DNA of 63,536 bases, the filler included, from Octopus bimaculoides (taxonomy: Eukaryota): assembly GCF_001194135.2 (NCBI RefSeq). It is 5 parts of 5 records of this genome, joined end to end, with 100 filler letters (N's around TTAATTAATTAA, not from the genome) between each part and the next. Parts side by side here need not be neighbours in the genome. Positions count along the whole stretch, not along the records: positions 60,652 to 63,536 come from NC_068999.1; 4 more parts are not named here. The stretch is one strand, 5' to 3'. Shown here one piece after another: positions 63,328-63,536 of the stretch. The notes under the pieces are model-generated. The model was not told the DNA's origin and ran no database searches. It saw only the letters and a program-made list of their open reading frames with translations. A program made the translations under genes and the position numbers. Positions within the stretch are counted from its first letter, which is position 1, and the number at the start of each line of letters is the position of its first letter.

Positions 63328-63536
63328 TCATCATCATCGTTTAACGTCCGCTTTCCATGCTAGCATGGGTTGGATGATTTGACTGAGGACTGGTGAAACC
63401 GGATGGCAACACCAGGCTCCAGTCTGATTTGGCAGAGTTTCTACAGCTGGATGCCCTTCCTAACGCCAACCACTCAGAGAGTGTAGTGGGTGCTTTTACG
63501 TGTCACCCGCACGAAAACGGCCACGCTCGAAATGGT
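63328..63536 (-). mobile_element. Young RTE 3'UTR, running off the end of the window
   Basis: One mismatch against 22324-22525. Confidence 0.9.

Overview
This is AT-rich, microsatellite-dense animal DNA with about 5 kb of N gaps. It is most likely octopus (inference from the tRNA-derived SINE families and RTE/Penelope content). No complete protein-coding gene is visible. The window is mostly a transposon graveyard: three tRNA-SINE families, fragments of RTE, CR1 and R4/Dong-like LINEs, four Penelope-like element (PLE) remnants, mariner fragments, a hAT MITE with an intact 8-bp TSD, and an LTR with a tRNA-Trp primer-binding site. A few short candidate exons suggest a minus-strand spliced gene near the left end and possibly a plus-strand gene that includes a 15-nt microexon; the products are unidentified. 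The most interesting signals are non-coding. There are four recognisable minimal hammerhead-ribozyme folds plus one remnant, from apparently different PLE-type families. There are also two long fold-back structures, a PLE with an internal inversion, and near-identical inverted RTE 3'UTRs about 41 kb apart. Four 44N-TTAATTAATTAA-44N spacers are artificial scaffold joins, so long-range inferences across them are weaker. All alignments and folds were done by eye. I found no system I can call new with confidence.
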